Shown: piece after piece, positions 11,277-24,045 of the stretch
How the letters are laid out: the number at the start of each line of letters is the position of its first letter
How positions within the stretch are numbered: the stretch's first letter is position 1
Source of the DNA: Octopus bimaculoides
Taxonomy: Eukaryota
DNA length: 64,000 bases
Reading direction: 5' to 3'
NCBI RefSeq assembly: GCF_001194135.2
Contig: NC_068983.1
Location: 109,566,032 to 109,630,031 of the forward strand
Position numbers and translations under genes: made by a program
The notes under the pieces: model-generated
Seen by the model: the letters and a program-made list of their open reading frames with translations, nothing else
Told to the model about the DNA's origin: nothing
The model's database searches: none

Positions 11277-12519
11277 ATTTAATGAATGATGTAGATCATG
11301 GTTTCATTCACAATAAAAGATTAAGAGGCCACTGTTTTGAGGAATAAAATGTTTTTTATTTATCATAAAAGGTTAATTTTATGTTTATCTTTAGCTTTCA
11401 TAAAATTCATGGAAGCAGAACATTTTACACAACTGGAGATAAAATGATAATATACCATAAAGTTATTTAAGATGAAAGGGCACTGTGCTAAGAGAATGTT
11501 GAAGACATATGGAACTGTCTTCAGAGAAGCGCAGATTAAAGAATGAGTTACAAAATTATGAATGATTTGATGTAACTTAAAGTCACAAAAATACACTATC
11601 ATTTTTATGAATATAAATAATGTGTATAGGTTAAATGGATTATGGCATAGGGTAATATTTGAAAATTATTATGGTTTCATAGGCAGTTAGTTTGAGAATG
11701 CATATTTGTTCTCCATACATGAATAGGCAATAAATGGCTTACACACATTTTAATAGAGTTGTTTTCTTGTACTGTTTCATGTGCACTCATTTTCCTCACC
11801 TAACAAACAATTTAGTTACAGAGAAGTTAATCTTAGAACAAGCAAAACTGGCTTTTAGCTTATTTGTAGCAGGTGGATACACAAACATATGCAAAAATTA
11901 TGCAAGGAAACAATTTTCTAACCCTGTTAATGCAAAGATGAAGAAATAAGACTAGAAATGATGAAAGGTAAAGATAACTGTTGTGCAATTTTCAAGGTAT
12001 GTTCAAATTTATTTTGTGATATTTATACAAAAACATAAATAAATAAATAAATAAATAAAATAAACTAGATATTTTTAATTTTTCCATTAATTGGAAAAAT
12101 GTTTTATGAAGTGTCATTTTCTTTTCTGCAGAACATACTTCCACTAATCTGTCTTGGCCCACATTTCTTAATTACTGACTGATTGTGATTTGTATATTGA
12201 TTATGGACTTCAATTGCATCTATATTAGAATACATATTAAATGAATACTATTATAGTTTAAGTAATTGCTATTTTAGTAATCAATCATGAAAGATGTGCC
12301 TTTGAGAAATAAAATCAAACAAAATAGAAAATTAATCAATCAAGTAGATTGTAATCTCAACGTACTGACTGCCACTTAGAAATCACTAATCTTCATTTCA
12401 TAATATTGACAAAGTTTATTATTTGCTAATATGTTCTATCTAGAATTAAGTGCTGTATATTATGGAGTTATTTCAAATGAAAGCATTGATAAAAGGTGAT
12501 ATATAAAAAAGAAAAAAAA

Positions 12520-13065
12520 TCATATCCAGCATTACAAGCATAATTATCCAGTGCAATCATATACTCTCGGACTAATCCCTACAGAAGATAGAGTTATAAA
12601 ATCTAAGAGACAGCTCTGAAAAAACTGGAAGAAATGGAACAGCAGAGAGTAGCTAAAACGTCAGGAATACTTAGTAAGAGAAGCAGAAAGTAAGAGATTT
12701 GCCAATGTTCTTTGGCAAAATGATCAGAGGCATAAAGTGATCCAAATTGCAAAATAAAGTACTAGAGAGAACCAAGAAATTGTTGGTGTGTATTGGAAAG
12801 TAATGGCACATTTGCCCATAGTGTGAATGGAAATAAAGAGAGATGGAAGTGTTATTATGAAAGGATGCTGAATGAGGAGAGTGTATTGAAGAGAGAATCT
12901 ATTCCAAGTACCAGCTCTTCACTTTATAAGTTAAATGGGTACAAGCAAATTTCTATAAATGATGTAAGGCCAAAATGAAAAAAACACGTTGCTCATCAGG
13001 AACAGTCAATGAGATGTTTAAAATATCTGACAAAGTAGAGCACATAGTACTCATGCAAATAGATA
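12520..13065 (+). mobile_element. RTE LINE fragment (endonuclease-RT linker)
   Basis: RENQEIVGV...NKERWKCYYERMLNEE, typical of the RTE linker region. Confidence 0.7.
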
Positions 13066-13269
13066 GTCATAAGTTATTTGAATGTTCTCAGAAAAAAATG
13101 CCTTGAAATTTGCTTTTATGCCATAATCCATTTTCTGGGGCAAAAATGTATTCTTGGGGATAATTTCTACCATCACATTAGCAGAAAGCAAAGTGAAGTT
13201 CACTGGGTGACTTAGGGCATATTGTTGGAAAAAATATGCCTGGCACAGTACTTTCTACAGCAGGACATC

Positions 13270-13770
13270 AAAATGTTTGTAAACTAATTCAAAAACGACC
13301 TTCATAACAAATGATCTTCATCATCCATATCTCTTTTTTGAAAGACAAAATGTAAATTAAATTTTGCATAATCCAAGAAAATGCTCATGAGTAGGGGCTA
13401 TAATTTCATATCATCAATAACATTTCCTCCTGCAAATAGCAACAGAGGATTTTTGGAAGTTTTAAATCCTCGTGTTGATTTTTCTTGGCAAAAAGATGTT
13501 CTGGCAAGCCTGAGCTTTCAGAAAAGTGTAATTAAGTCAATGTTGTATACTTGCTTTAGTGTGAGCAATGTTTCCTTTTTTTTCCAGCTGTAATTAATAG
13601 CAACTGCTGTATCAGCACTGGCAGCTTCATTACTCATATTTATGAATTTTAAACCTTTCAAATCAGGCTTTACTTGCTCGAAAATGTTTTATATTACAAG
13701 TTCCACCTTCCAATATCTGAAAATCATCATCTGAACTTTTGAGTTTTTTTTTTCAATTACCATCAAGCAT
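13270..13770 (-). pseudogene. Tigger/pogo (CENP-B-like) transposase remnant
   Basis: Minus-strand fragments FRASK, NEAASAD, KQVYNID, RGFKTSK and LLFAGGN...MKL*PLL match Tigger HTH-end and DDE motifs. Confidence 0.8.
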
Positions 13771-13888
13771 ATTTACACATTATGTCATAGAAGCATTCTG
13801 TTTTAAGCACCATATTACATCTATGAAAAAATAATGTCTGTGTAGTTTAGCGACTAGCTTCTTGAGCATTTGACTTACTTTTCTCTCT

Positions 13889-14280
13889 ATTGTTACCTCT
13901 GCCAAGGAAGGAGGTAATGTTTTCGTCAGCATTGGTTTGTCCGTCTGTCCGTCTGTGTGCAAAATAACTCAAAAAGTTGTGAATGGTATTTGATGAAACT
14001 TACAGAAAAAGTTAAGGGAACAGATGATGAAATTTTGGTAGTGATCCGGGAATTTTTATGGATTCTTGAAGGACTTTTCATTTGTTATATTTACTTTACA
14101 TGAAGTATTACAATGTTACATTCTTTGATTATCACCCTTGAAAACACGTTCATCATTTCCATGTAACCTATGGTGGCGTTGCTGTTTCCAAAGTTATTTT
14201 TGTTTCTTTATAAGTAATTTTACTCACATATCTATCTTAAAATGAGCTGCTTGGCAGAGGTCTGTGCTCTCCAAGTGCTT
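13889..14280 (+). mobile_element. Helentron-associated interspersed element (HINE/DINE-1-like)
   Basis: Perfect 12-bp subterminal inverted repeat (ACCTCTGCCAAG 13895-13906 / CTTGGCAGAGGT 14250-14261), a GTCCGTCTGTCCGTCTGT tract near the 5' end, a degenerate 3' hairpin (GTGCTCTCCAAGTGC) and a T-rich 3' flank. Confidence 0.8.
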
Positions 14281-14515
14281 TTTGTGTATTGTTCTTACTG
14301 CATATGTTGTAGTGCAAGATTTAATATTTGGCAACGCAGCTGATTTTTTCCTCCTGCATTAAGGCTTTTTAAAAAGAGCAAATTTAATATTCAGTGTAAT
14401 TCTTTTATGGTACTGTTCACACTAATGTATTGAATTCCATTCGATGGCTTCTTTCTAGACAACTTGCATCGTATGTAAATACAACAGCAATAGTGATCAA
14501 CTATTATCTACATCG

Positions 14516-15741
14516 AATGTGTGCAGAGTGTATTTGGGGGACATCACTTTAAATAGATCTAACTTTCTTATAACTAATTCTTTTTTATTTCTTTTTCAGA
14601 TTAATGATGAATGGCATGAAATTAACAAAGCAAATGAAAAGACATGCCATAATCATTGTTATAAAGGTTCAGCACAAAGATACGGAAATTGCTTGCTTCT
14701 TGAAAGTTGCCTGATCCTTCATTGCCAAAGTTAGAGAAGATCTGGAAGTTACTGATGGAGATCCAACATTAGCAGCTAAAAGCAAAACACATGTAAAGGG
14801 TTCTAATAACATAAGAATCCAAGAATGTGTGCAGAAAATACAGGAAAAAATTCAAAACAACTCTGGAAAGTCAATCAGAGCCCTTAAAAAGGATTTCAAG
14901 GTTTCAGAATGCACCATCAGAAGAGTTGTGCATGAAGATATCCATTACAAGTCGTATGAGATGTGAAGAGGTCAGTTCATATCAGGTACAATGAAAGATA
15001 ATCGTTTGATCCATGGAAAGTGCTTGCTCTACAAATTGAAACATCAAGAAATTGGAATACTTTGGTTTTTTTCCCCATGGGAAGAACTTTGATCAAGGCC
15101 AGAAGGTAAACCCAAGGAATGGCAGATAGTTATGCAGAGATCTGAGTGAGGTTCCAGCTGTAATGCATACCAAGTTTCCAGCAACTGTGTTGGTTCTGGG
15201 AGTCATTAGTAGTGAGGGTCATGTCATGCCTCCCAACTTTTTACATAAGGCTTAAGAGTCAATGCTGCTGCTGATACAGATGAATCGGAGAAGGTTGTGA
15301 GGCCATGGATAGGCAGTGTAGGCAACAGAAGACCTTACATCTTCCAACAAGATCTCATAAGGCTAAAACAACCCAAGATTGGATGCACACCAATTTCCAC
15401 AGTCATGATACCCCAGACACATGGCCTGTTAGCTAACATGACCTCAGTCACTGAACCATTACATATGGGGTGTCATCGAAAGAAAGGTCAATCAACACTC
15501 TCATAACACCATTCAATCTCTTGAGTCTGCTATAAAAAAGACTATGTCTGAAATTTATAAAGACCATCTGATTTCAACACTTCAGACCCCAAACTGGAGC
15601 CATCATTGAGGCTATTTGCAGATTTATTGGATAGAAGTGTTGCAAGGACTATCAAAATTATTTGTACCAATTTTCATTGGTGTGCTATACTTCTTTTTCT
15701 TCATTCCTACAAATGACCTCAAAATACAGATGCACACTGTA
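14516..15741 (+). mobile_element. Full-length but dead maT (DD37D-type) Tc1/mariner-superfamily transposon; transposase at ~14604-15620
   Basis: MKLTKQMKRHAII...GKSIRAL...VSECTIRRVVHEDIHYKSY...KNFDQGQKVNPRN...VMHTKFPATVLVLGVISSEGHVMPP...VVRPWI...RPYIFQQD, with several stops and frameshifts. Degenerate ~26-bp TIRs at 14519-14544 and 15713-15737. Confidence 0.9.
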
Positions 15742-16379
15742 TTAGGAAAAATTGCACAAAATAAGGAAATATTGTGTAGGAGCAAAAATTTGCCTTATTT
15801 TTTATGGAATAGGAAGGAGCATTGTGTTACAGTTAGTAGAAGGGTTACTAGGTGCACAGAAACTTTGCCCTTGCATCTCTGGTTTGAGCTATAAAAAACC
15901 CCACTCTCTAACTGGTAACAGTTAATTTTGAATAACTAATTGGCAACAGTTAATTTTAGATAACTTATTGGTAACAGTTACTCAAACACTTGGTGGGTTG
16001 ATAGTGGTGGTGATGAAGGTTGTATTTCTTTGCTTGTATATGATAATGGCATAGGGAGGTGATAGTGATAATGGAAATACTGCTAGTGGTGGCAGTAGTC
16101 ATATTGTTTTTGAAAATTGTATTGTTGTTATTGTTTAGTCTCACATCGATCCTCATTGACTAAAGATCAAACATTTCATTTAACTTTTAAAATACACAAG
16201 GGTACTACATTATCTCGTTTGACTGTCTTTTATTTTAGATAGATCACTTACCTTGTTCATTCTCTTGTTTCAGTTGTTGCTCATTAAGGAGTTGATAATG
16301 GTAGTGATTGTATTAGTTTTGGTGTTGATATTGATTGTGATGGTATTGTTAATAGATAGAGGTGATGAAGATTGATATG

Positions 16380-16427
16380 TTTCTGTGTGTATGTCTCTCT
16401 CTTTCTCTCTCCTCCTTTCTCTCTGCC

Positions 16428-16515
<88 letters not shown>

Positions 16516-16545
16516 ATACATATATATATATAAATACATATAAAC
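16380..16545 (+). repeat. (CT)n/(TA)n compound microsatellite, preceded by a degenerate (RRT)n low-complexity tract at ~15990-16370
   Basis: Directly visible. Confidence 0.9.
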
Positions 16546-17607
16546 ACAGACAAACAAGTAGATAGATAGATAGATACTCATTGTATCATAGGAAAACATA
16601 CACAAACACCCACAAATATTCAGTGAGAATTCTGCCACACAGTCAGTGAGTGTTCATAGTGATGCACGCATGCGCACATATATGCATTGTGATTATAGTT
16701 TTTCAAATTGTTATCTAAACTTTGATCTTAGCTAAAATGCTTAGAAGTTGCCTTTTGGCTAAGAAGAAAGTCGAGTTTTAAATTGTTAATTCATACAAGT
16801 TTCCATAAGGGTAAAATTACAGACTGTATCCTGAAATTAGTAACTAGACTTTATAATTTCCATTAGCACAAAGTCCCATAACCTGAGGTATCTGTAATAA
16901 GGGGATACCTGTACATTTTTTAAGTTTGTTGCAAAATGCTAGTAAGTTGGTTATATACAATTGCCACCATAACTAATATTGTGAAACATGATATACATGC
17001 AATAATTACAATTTAACTTTTATCAAATTTGTAATTTTCTTTATTTTCTTTTTCTCTCCTGTGCTAAACTCTGTTGCTTTCCTTGCTTTATTTTTTACCA
17101 TTTTGTAGTTTCATGAAAGAATATTGGAAAAAAAAACTTTACACATACTCTTGAATGATGATCATTTCACTTGATAATATGGTCCAAGCATTGTAATTAT
17201 GATGTGTTTGTTTAGAGATGGTATATAAGGTGCTAGAATTTTTAATTGTTGACAAAATGCAAATTCCTTTTAACTGTTAAAAATAAAAAATTTTGAAAGA
17301 AAACTTTCACCAGACTCATTTTTTGCTAGTTTTTTTTGTTTAGTATCTGAAAATGAAAATTTTTTTCATGCTATGACAATATAGGAGGTGTTCCTAAATC
17401 ATGTTACACTCTCAGTTACAAAGGGAACACATAGCAGTCATTCTAGAATTCTGGAATGTCTTCAAAAATTACAAAACATATCGTTTTATTGTTTATGAGA
17501 TATACTACAAAATGGTAATTAAATTAGTTAAATTCAGTGACCATAGATATTATTTACACAACACATGTCCATTCTTCAGATGTTTAAAAAGATCAACATT
17601 ATAGACC

Positions 17608-17638
<31 letters not shown>

Positions 17639-18940
17639 CTCTCATAACTATGTACTTCATTTAATCAAAATACCCTTGGCCTGAAGAGTAGCCTGCAGAA
17701 TACACCTGACTTGAATATTTACCACTTTTAAGGTTCCACTCATGAAGAAACATATATAGCACTGATTTTATCGATTCCATCCTTAACTCTTGGATATATA
17801 TATATATATATATANNNNNNNNNNNNNNNNNNNNNNNNNNNNNNNNNNNNNNNNNNNNNNNNNNNNNNNNNNNNNNNNNNNNNNNNNNNNNNNNNNNNNN
17901 NNNNNNNNNNNNNNTATATATACACACACACACATACAGTGTGCAGGCAATGTTATTTTACTTATTGCTTCCCATGAAACACTCATCCTGGACTTCTTAT
18001 ATTAACCCCGTCTCTTGCTCTCTCCCACTTTCTCTCTCACTCTCTGTATCTTTGACACTTTCTACCCCTCTCTCTATGATGTAAAGTTTGACTAAAGAAA
18101 TCATTCAATCAGCCAACCAACATTTATAGATATCAGCAGTTATTATATAGAGATTACTGAAGCCATTTTTTTCTTATCACATTAACCACGGAGTGAACAC
18201 TATAGCATAGGTGGTAAGTTCCTGGAGAGATAAGTGAGCAACCTAAGCTTGATTGTGGTTGTTGGTGTTAAACTTCCTTCTTCTAAATCTCTTGGGTGAA
18301 TCATGAACATTACAGTTTCCATTTTAATACTCCCTGACTCCAGCAACACTGATCTCAAATGGGTAAACAAAAGAACAGACAAATTAGTAGCAGAAGGGAA
18401 AAGAATGCTAGAGATGAGTTCACTATACATGTATGTATGTATGCAACTAGAACTGATGATTGGAGGAATTACTAATGCATTGCACAAATTCTTTGCAGTA
18501 ATTGTTCCAGCTCTTTGTATCCTTTGTTCAAATTACCCTGAGGTCAACTTTGCCCTGCAATTCTCTGCAGTCAATAAGTAATGCATCAGTCAAATATTGG
18601 ATTGATTTTTCACTCTCTTGCTTTATTCCCTTCCCACACTCTCAGAATCAGCTACACTACATTGTGAGAGAATTGTGGGGATGTGTCATAATGCTTCTTT
18701 CCTCCAAGAAATAGAGGAGGGCTGATCTATCGGCCAGTAATCTTTTCCCATCTAGCATTTTACAAGAAAATATTCATAGAAACTATAAAATATAGTGGAC
18801 ATGAATGGACCAGTGCACTGTATAGTTATAAACGAAATATGCAACAATGGATTACTAATCAAGATGTACATATACCTTTATATATGACTAAGTTGTATAT
18901 ATATATATCTCTGAGTTTGTGTGTATGTGTGCACTTTATA

Positions 18941-19324
18941 TTTGTTGTTGGCACTCCATCGCTTACAACGTCGAGGGTTCCAGTTGATCCGATCAACGGA
19001 ACAGCCTGCTCGTGAAATTAACATGCATGTGGATGAGCACTCCACAGACACGTGTACCCTTAATGTAGTTCTCGGGGATATTCAGCGTGACAAAGTGTGA
19101 CAAGGCTGGCCCTTTGAAATACAGGTACAACAGAAACGGGAAGTAAGAGTGAAAGAAAGTTGTGGTGGAAGAGTACAGCAGGGTTCGCCACCATCCCCTG
19201 CCGGAACCTCGTAGAGCTTTAGGTGTTTTCGCTCAATAAACACTCACAACGCCCGGTCTGGGAATCGAAGCCGCGATCCTATGACTGCGAGTCCGCTGCC
19301 CTAACCACTGGGCCATAGCACCTC
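18941..19324 (-). mobile_element. Full-length tRNA-headed SINE family B
   Basis: The reverse complement has an A box (TGGCCCAGTGG), a B-box-like GCTTCGATTCC and a (CAA)n tail. Closely similar to 63120-63505. Confidence 0.95.
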
Positions 19325-19895
19325 TGTACTCTACATATATAAATTACATTTAACATTCTACATCAATGTATGATAAAACATATTTCATTACTGAGTATAT
19401 TATTGTTATTTTGGTCTTAAAGTTCTTTCAGATTACACTCTATTTATAGCCAATATATTGTATAGATCTTTGAAGATGATACCTTTTATCATAGATGAAA
19501 ATGATGAAAAAGTGTATTTGTAAATTTCTGATTGGGACATCATGATTCACAAAGAAAATGAAATCATTTAGCAAAATTTTATCAGAAAATATATTTTCAC
19601 AAACAATGAAACAAAATTTTTTTTTTAATTTTCCTTGACTATTAGAAGAATTATAAATACATTATTGTCATACAATGGATTATTGCAAGGTATAAACAAT
19701 AACTAACATATTAAACATATATTTCATAGAAGTAACCAATTAATCATAAGTCACATATCTAGCTTTTAATTGTTATCTAATTCTCAGGTTAGGCTATTTA
19801 CCTGGAAATTTTGGCAAATAATTAGGAATGGAATACAAACAAAAGAACATGAAATAATTATCTGCAAACTTAATTTATAATCACTGAATATATCA

Positions 19896-20082
19896 TTCTT
19901 TTATTCTTTTGTTTGTTTCAACCATTTGACTGCGGCCATGCTGGAGCACTGCTTTTAGTTGAACAAATCGACCCCAGGACTATTTTTTTGTAAGTCTAAT
20001 ACTTATTCTGTTGGTCTCTTTTGCTGAACTGCTAAGTTACAGAGATGTAAACACACCAGCATCAGTTGGCAAGCAATGGTTG

Positions 20083-20146
<64 letters not shown>

Positions 20147-20325
20147 CCGAGAGAAAGAGATACATGATCAGCTTCTTTCAGTTTCCATCTACTAAATCCA
20201 CTCACAAAGCTTAAGTCAGTCCAAGGCTATAGTAGAAGACACTTGCCCAAGATGTCATGCAGTGAAACTGAACCTGGAACCATGTGGTTGGTAAGCAAGC
20301 TACTTATTACACAGCCTCTCCTGTG
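19896..20325 (-). mobile_element. SINE family A with an internal (CA)n(TA)n tract
   Basis: The reverse complement matches both head and tail of 6392-6790. Confidence 0.9.
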
Positions 20326-20788
20326 TCTATTTTATAAATTTTGAAATTTTAAAATCAGAAGACATTCTCTTTCAGATTCTTATTAATGTATTTATTTATC
20401 AATTTAAAAAATTTTAAACATTTATATAAGTAACATAGGCTTGTCTCTTTTTGATATTAATTTTATGATTGACAACACTGATAACAAATCAAAAACTGCA
20501 TATTTTCTTATATCATTTTATTCAATTACAAATATATATGTGTGTATATATGTGTGTCTATGTGTGTCTATGTGTATATATACGTGTGTGTATGTATGTG
20601 TGCATGCACGCATGTGTGTATGTATGCATGCATGTGTTTAAGAATTTTACATTGCAGCTTCATGGTTTCAAGTGCAGTCTCATAGTACAATACTTTGGAC
20701 AAGTATCTTCTATTATAGACCCATGCCAACTAATGTCTTCCAAATAAATGTGATAGATGGAAACTACACAGATCCTGCTATATATATA

Positions 20789-20819
<31 letters not shown>

Positions 20820-20929
20820 ACACATATGCACACTTACATATATGTATAATCATCCTAGATACATACATACACATACCCAATGCATATTGCACATGTAATG
20901 GAGTTCACTCCAATATTCTTACTTCACAC

Positions 20930-22930
20930 TGCATATGGTTACTTCCCTGTTGTTTTTATTGCAATGCATGCTTTACCACTTGCCATTAATTTTGTCTTTT
21001 TGATATTCATCTTCATTCCCTTTGCATCTATATATTCCTTCAAAATATATTTCTTCACCACCAAACTATCCATATTGTCTTCTACTATCATTTGTGTACA
21101 GCAGCTCCCATGGTAAATTGCTTCTGGGTACACTAATTCACATAGTAATCTTGCCACTATGCTTTGAGCCAATGTATTCCTTATAACTGCAAATAGCAAT
21201 GGAATGTTGCATTCTAGTCTTCACTTCAAACTCATCACTGATCCTATTCTTCATTTTATGATTAACTGCTCTCTTATACATCAACATTACTAATCTAATC
21301 ATCTTATACATCAGCATCAGTACTCTGCCACTCTTAACCTTCTCAATGCCAAAGTTACCACTTCATGTGAAACCTTATCAAAAGTATTTTCCAATTAAAC
21401 AAATCTAAGGTACAACTTCTTCCTCTCACTGCTTTACAAGAAAAATTGCATCAGTTATATCCTCTACCCTATATTTCATCTTCTTGATTTGCATTTCTTC
21501 AATCTTCATTTTCTTCCTCGCTCTTTTCTCTTACACTCATTCCAATACCTTCATGCTTTGTTCCAATAACGTAATTGCTCTATATAAATCACAATTTAGA
21601 AATTGGTCATTTTCCTTCTGCAAAAGGGTGGACATATTTGATTCACTGGAATACCATCTTCTTTCTCCATAAATCTACAAATCTATTTTTTCTTTTCACG
21701 TGTAATCTTTCTGGTGCCTTCAACATCTCTCTCACAACTTCTATCAACCCTTTTACTTTTTCCATTCTTCATCACTCTGAATGCTTCCTCAGTCTTTTTT
21801 TTCACTCACTGCCCTTTATGATACAATACTATCTAACTTACATCAGTGTTTACAGCAATTTGTCCTACTTTGTCCTTGAAGCAGCTCACCCATGTCACAT
21901 CATATTTCTCACCAACTACTTAGCAACCTTTAAAACCCTTTATTGGCTCTTCTAAATATATGCATTCCACAGAAATTTTCGTTTGTGTCCCTTCTGCTCT
22001 TGCTAGCTCTTTCCTTGCAACCTTCTTGGTCACCTTATAACTTTTGTAAGCTGCCATTTGTGCTACCACACCTGTCATCCTCTTCTATTCTTTCAGCCTC
22101 TTCCTCTGCTCATCAATACTCTACTCAATTTAATCATACCACTACACATTTCCAAGTGTTTTAGTAGTTCTTTTGTCCACATACATTTCCAGCAGTTCCA
22201 AACAAATAACCTCTCAGTAACTTCCTATGAGCTGCAAGTTAAATCATGACATCCTCTATGGAATTCAGTTTCTCTTTCTGAGCCTCACTGTCATTCTTTT
22301 GACCTTCTGCCCAGGTCAGTAGTTCATCTACCACTGTTTCCTCCCACTTTTCATTTTCGAACACAGTCAACTAAATAAGGCTGTATAAAAACCAACTCTC
22401 CCAGAATTATCGTTGTATCTTGAATATTCATTTTTCTCTTATCTACATTCAAGTAGTCGATAGTTGCTGTCAACCAAAAACCAACGCATATGTTTATTAT
22501 CAGCTTTCTGTTTATGATAGATTAACAAACTCCAAAATCATTTCACTCCTTCTATTATACACACAATATCTATGACTACCTTTAGCTCCCACTAAGCCAT
22601 TCATTTGTCTTCCCACACAGCCATTCAAGTCCGTCCTCTTCAGCAGTGACAACTTTCTTGTCCTTCATGCTTTCCATCTGTTCCTCAATTGCTTACCAAA
22701 ACTTATTCTTCTTTACAACACCCTGACTCACTTGTAAGGCATATCCTGAAATGACATCAGCCAAGAACTTTCTAGTCATCATTTTCAATATCACCAACCA
22801 TTCATGCACTTTTGTCATACTAACCATAATGTCTACACGACTTTTGGATACTCTTGCCTTATAAAAGATTTTGGTCAAATGACTCAAACCTAGTACTTTC
22901 AGTGACAAGAAGCCACTGGAAAATAGCAAG
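20930..22930 (-). mobile_element. Decayed RTE LINE covering endonuclease, linker and RT
   Basis: EN: VISGYALQVS...KNKFW...LNGCVG...TIDY. Linker: SIDEQRKRLKE*KR...YKVTKKVARKELARA. RT end: KGMKMNIKKTKLM. Confidence 0.85.
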
Positions 22931-23330
22931 CAAACAAACAAGAGACCAAATACGACAGAATATGAACATACAAACAAAAAATGAAATAAATGTACATTAA
23001 ACAAACAAAATAATATTCAAGATGAAACAAATAGTGAATGAACAAGGGACAGAGATGAAAACAAGCCTGACAGAATGTAGGCATAAAAACAAAATGAAAT
23101 AAATAAACAGAATAAGGTCTTATGGCTCAAACATGAGACGAATATATGGGTAACACTAGAGAAAGTATCCTGAACGACTGGAAATGGAAGGAACAGAGCT
23201 GAGACAACAAAACATGTTGAAAGTGGGAAACAAGAGAAACATGACTGGTTGCCTAGGCATTCAGGAATAGAAAAGAAGAGAGGTGATGATGACTACAGGT
23301 CACATGGCAGTGGGAGAAACATTTTAGAGG

Positions 23331-23369
<39 letters not shown>

Positions 23370-23466
23370 AATGGAGAAGAAAGGAGAAGGAGAAGAAGGT
23401 TAAAAAAGAAAGACAGATAACAACACAGAGGAAAATGTTAGAAAAGAAATACAATAAGTTTTTTAT

Positions 23467-23804
23467 ATATTCAAGATACAATGATAATTCTGGGAGAGGT
23501 GGTTTTATACAGCCTTAGTTGACTGTGCTTGAAAATGAAAAGTGGGAGGAAACAGTGGTAGATGAACTACTTACCTGGGCAGAAGGTCAAAGAGGATGTT
23601 ATGATTTAACTTGCAGCTCATAGGAAGTTACTGAGAGGTTATTTGTTTGGAGCTGCTGGAAATGTATGTGGACAAAAGAACTACTAAAAAAACACTTGTA
23701 GTGGTATATGATTAAATTGGATAGAGTATTGATGAGCAGAGGAAGAGGTTGAAAGAATAGAAGCGGATGACAGGTGTGGTAGCTCAAATGGCAGCTTACA
23801 AAAG
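23467..23804 (+). repeat. Inverted duplicate of RTE segment 22041-22427
   Basis: The reverse complements align at roughly 90% apart from a ~42-bp indel and smaller indels. The ORF track shows near-identical peptides at 22058+ and 23599-. Confidence 0.95.
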
Positions 23805-23999
23805 GAAAAAGGAGAAAGTAAACTATGAATGTTAATCTTAATTTTAATTTTAATTTAATTTTTTTTTTTTAATAGTTCTTTTCTCTTTACATATTCCATT
23901 TTAGCACATATTTTTAATAAGGTTTTTCAAAAACTGAAACATGTAAAAGGAAAATTAAAATGTACCCAATTTTAAGAAAGTAGCATTTTTGTTCTTGTT

Positions 24000-24045
<46 letters not shown>

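Noticed and set aside
16251-16370. Minus-strand exon ending at strong donor AAG|GTAAGT (…LLNEQQLKQENEQ)
   Set aside because: There is an in-frame stop just upstream and no suitable acceptor; the sequence derives from a degenerate trinucleotide tract.
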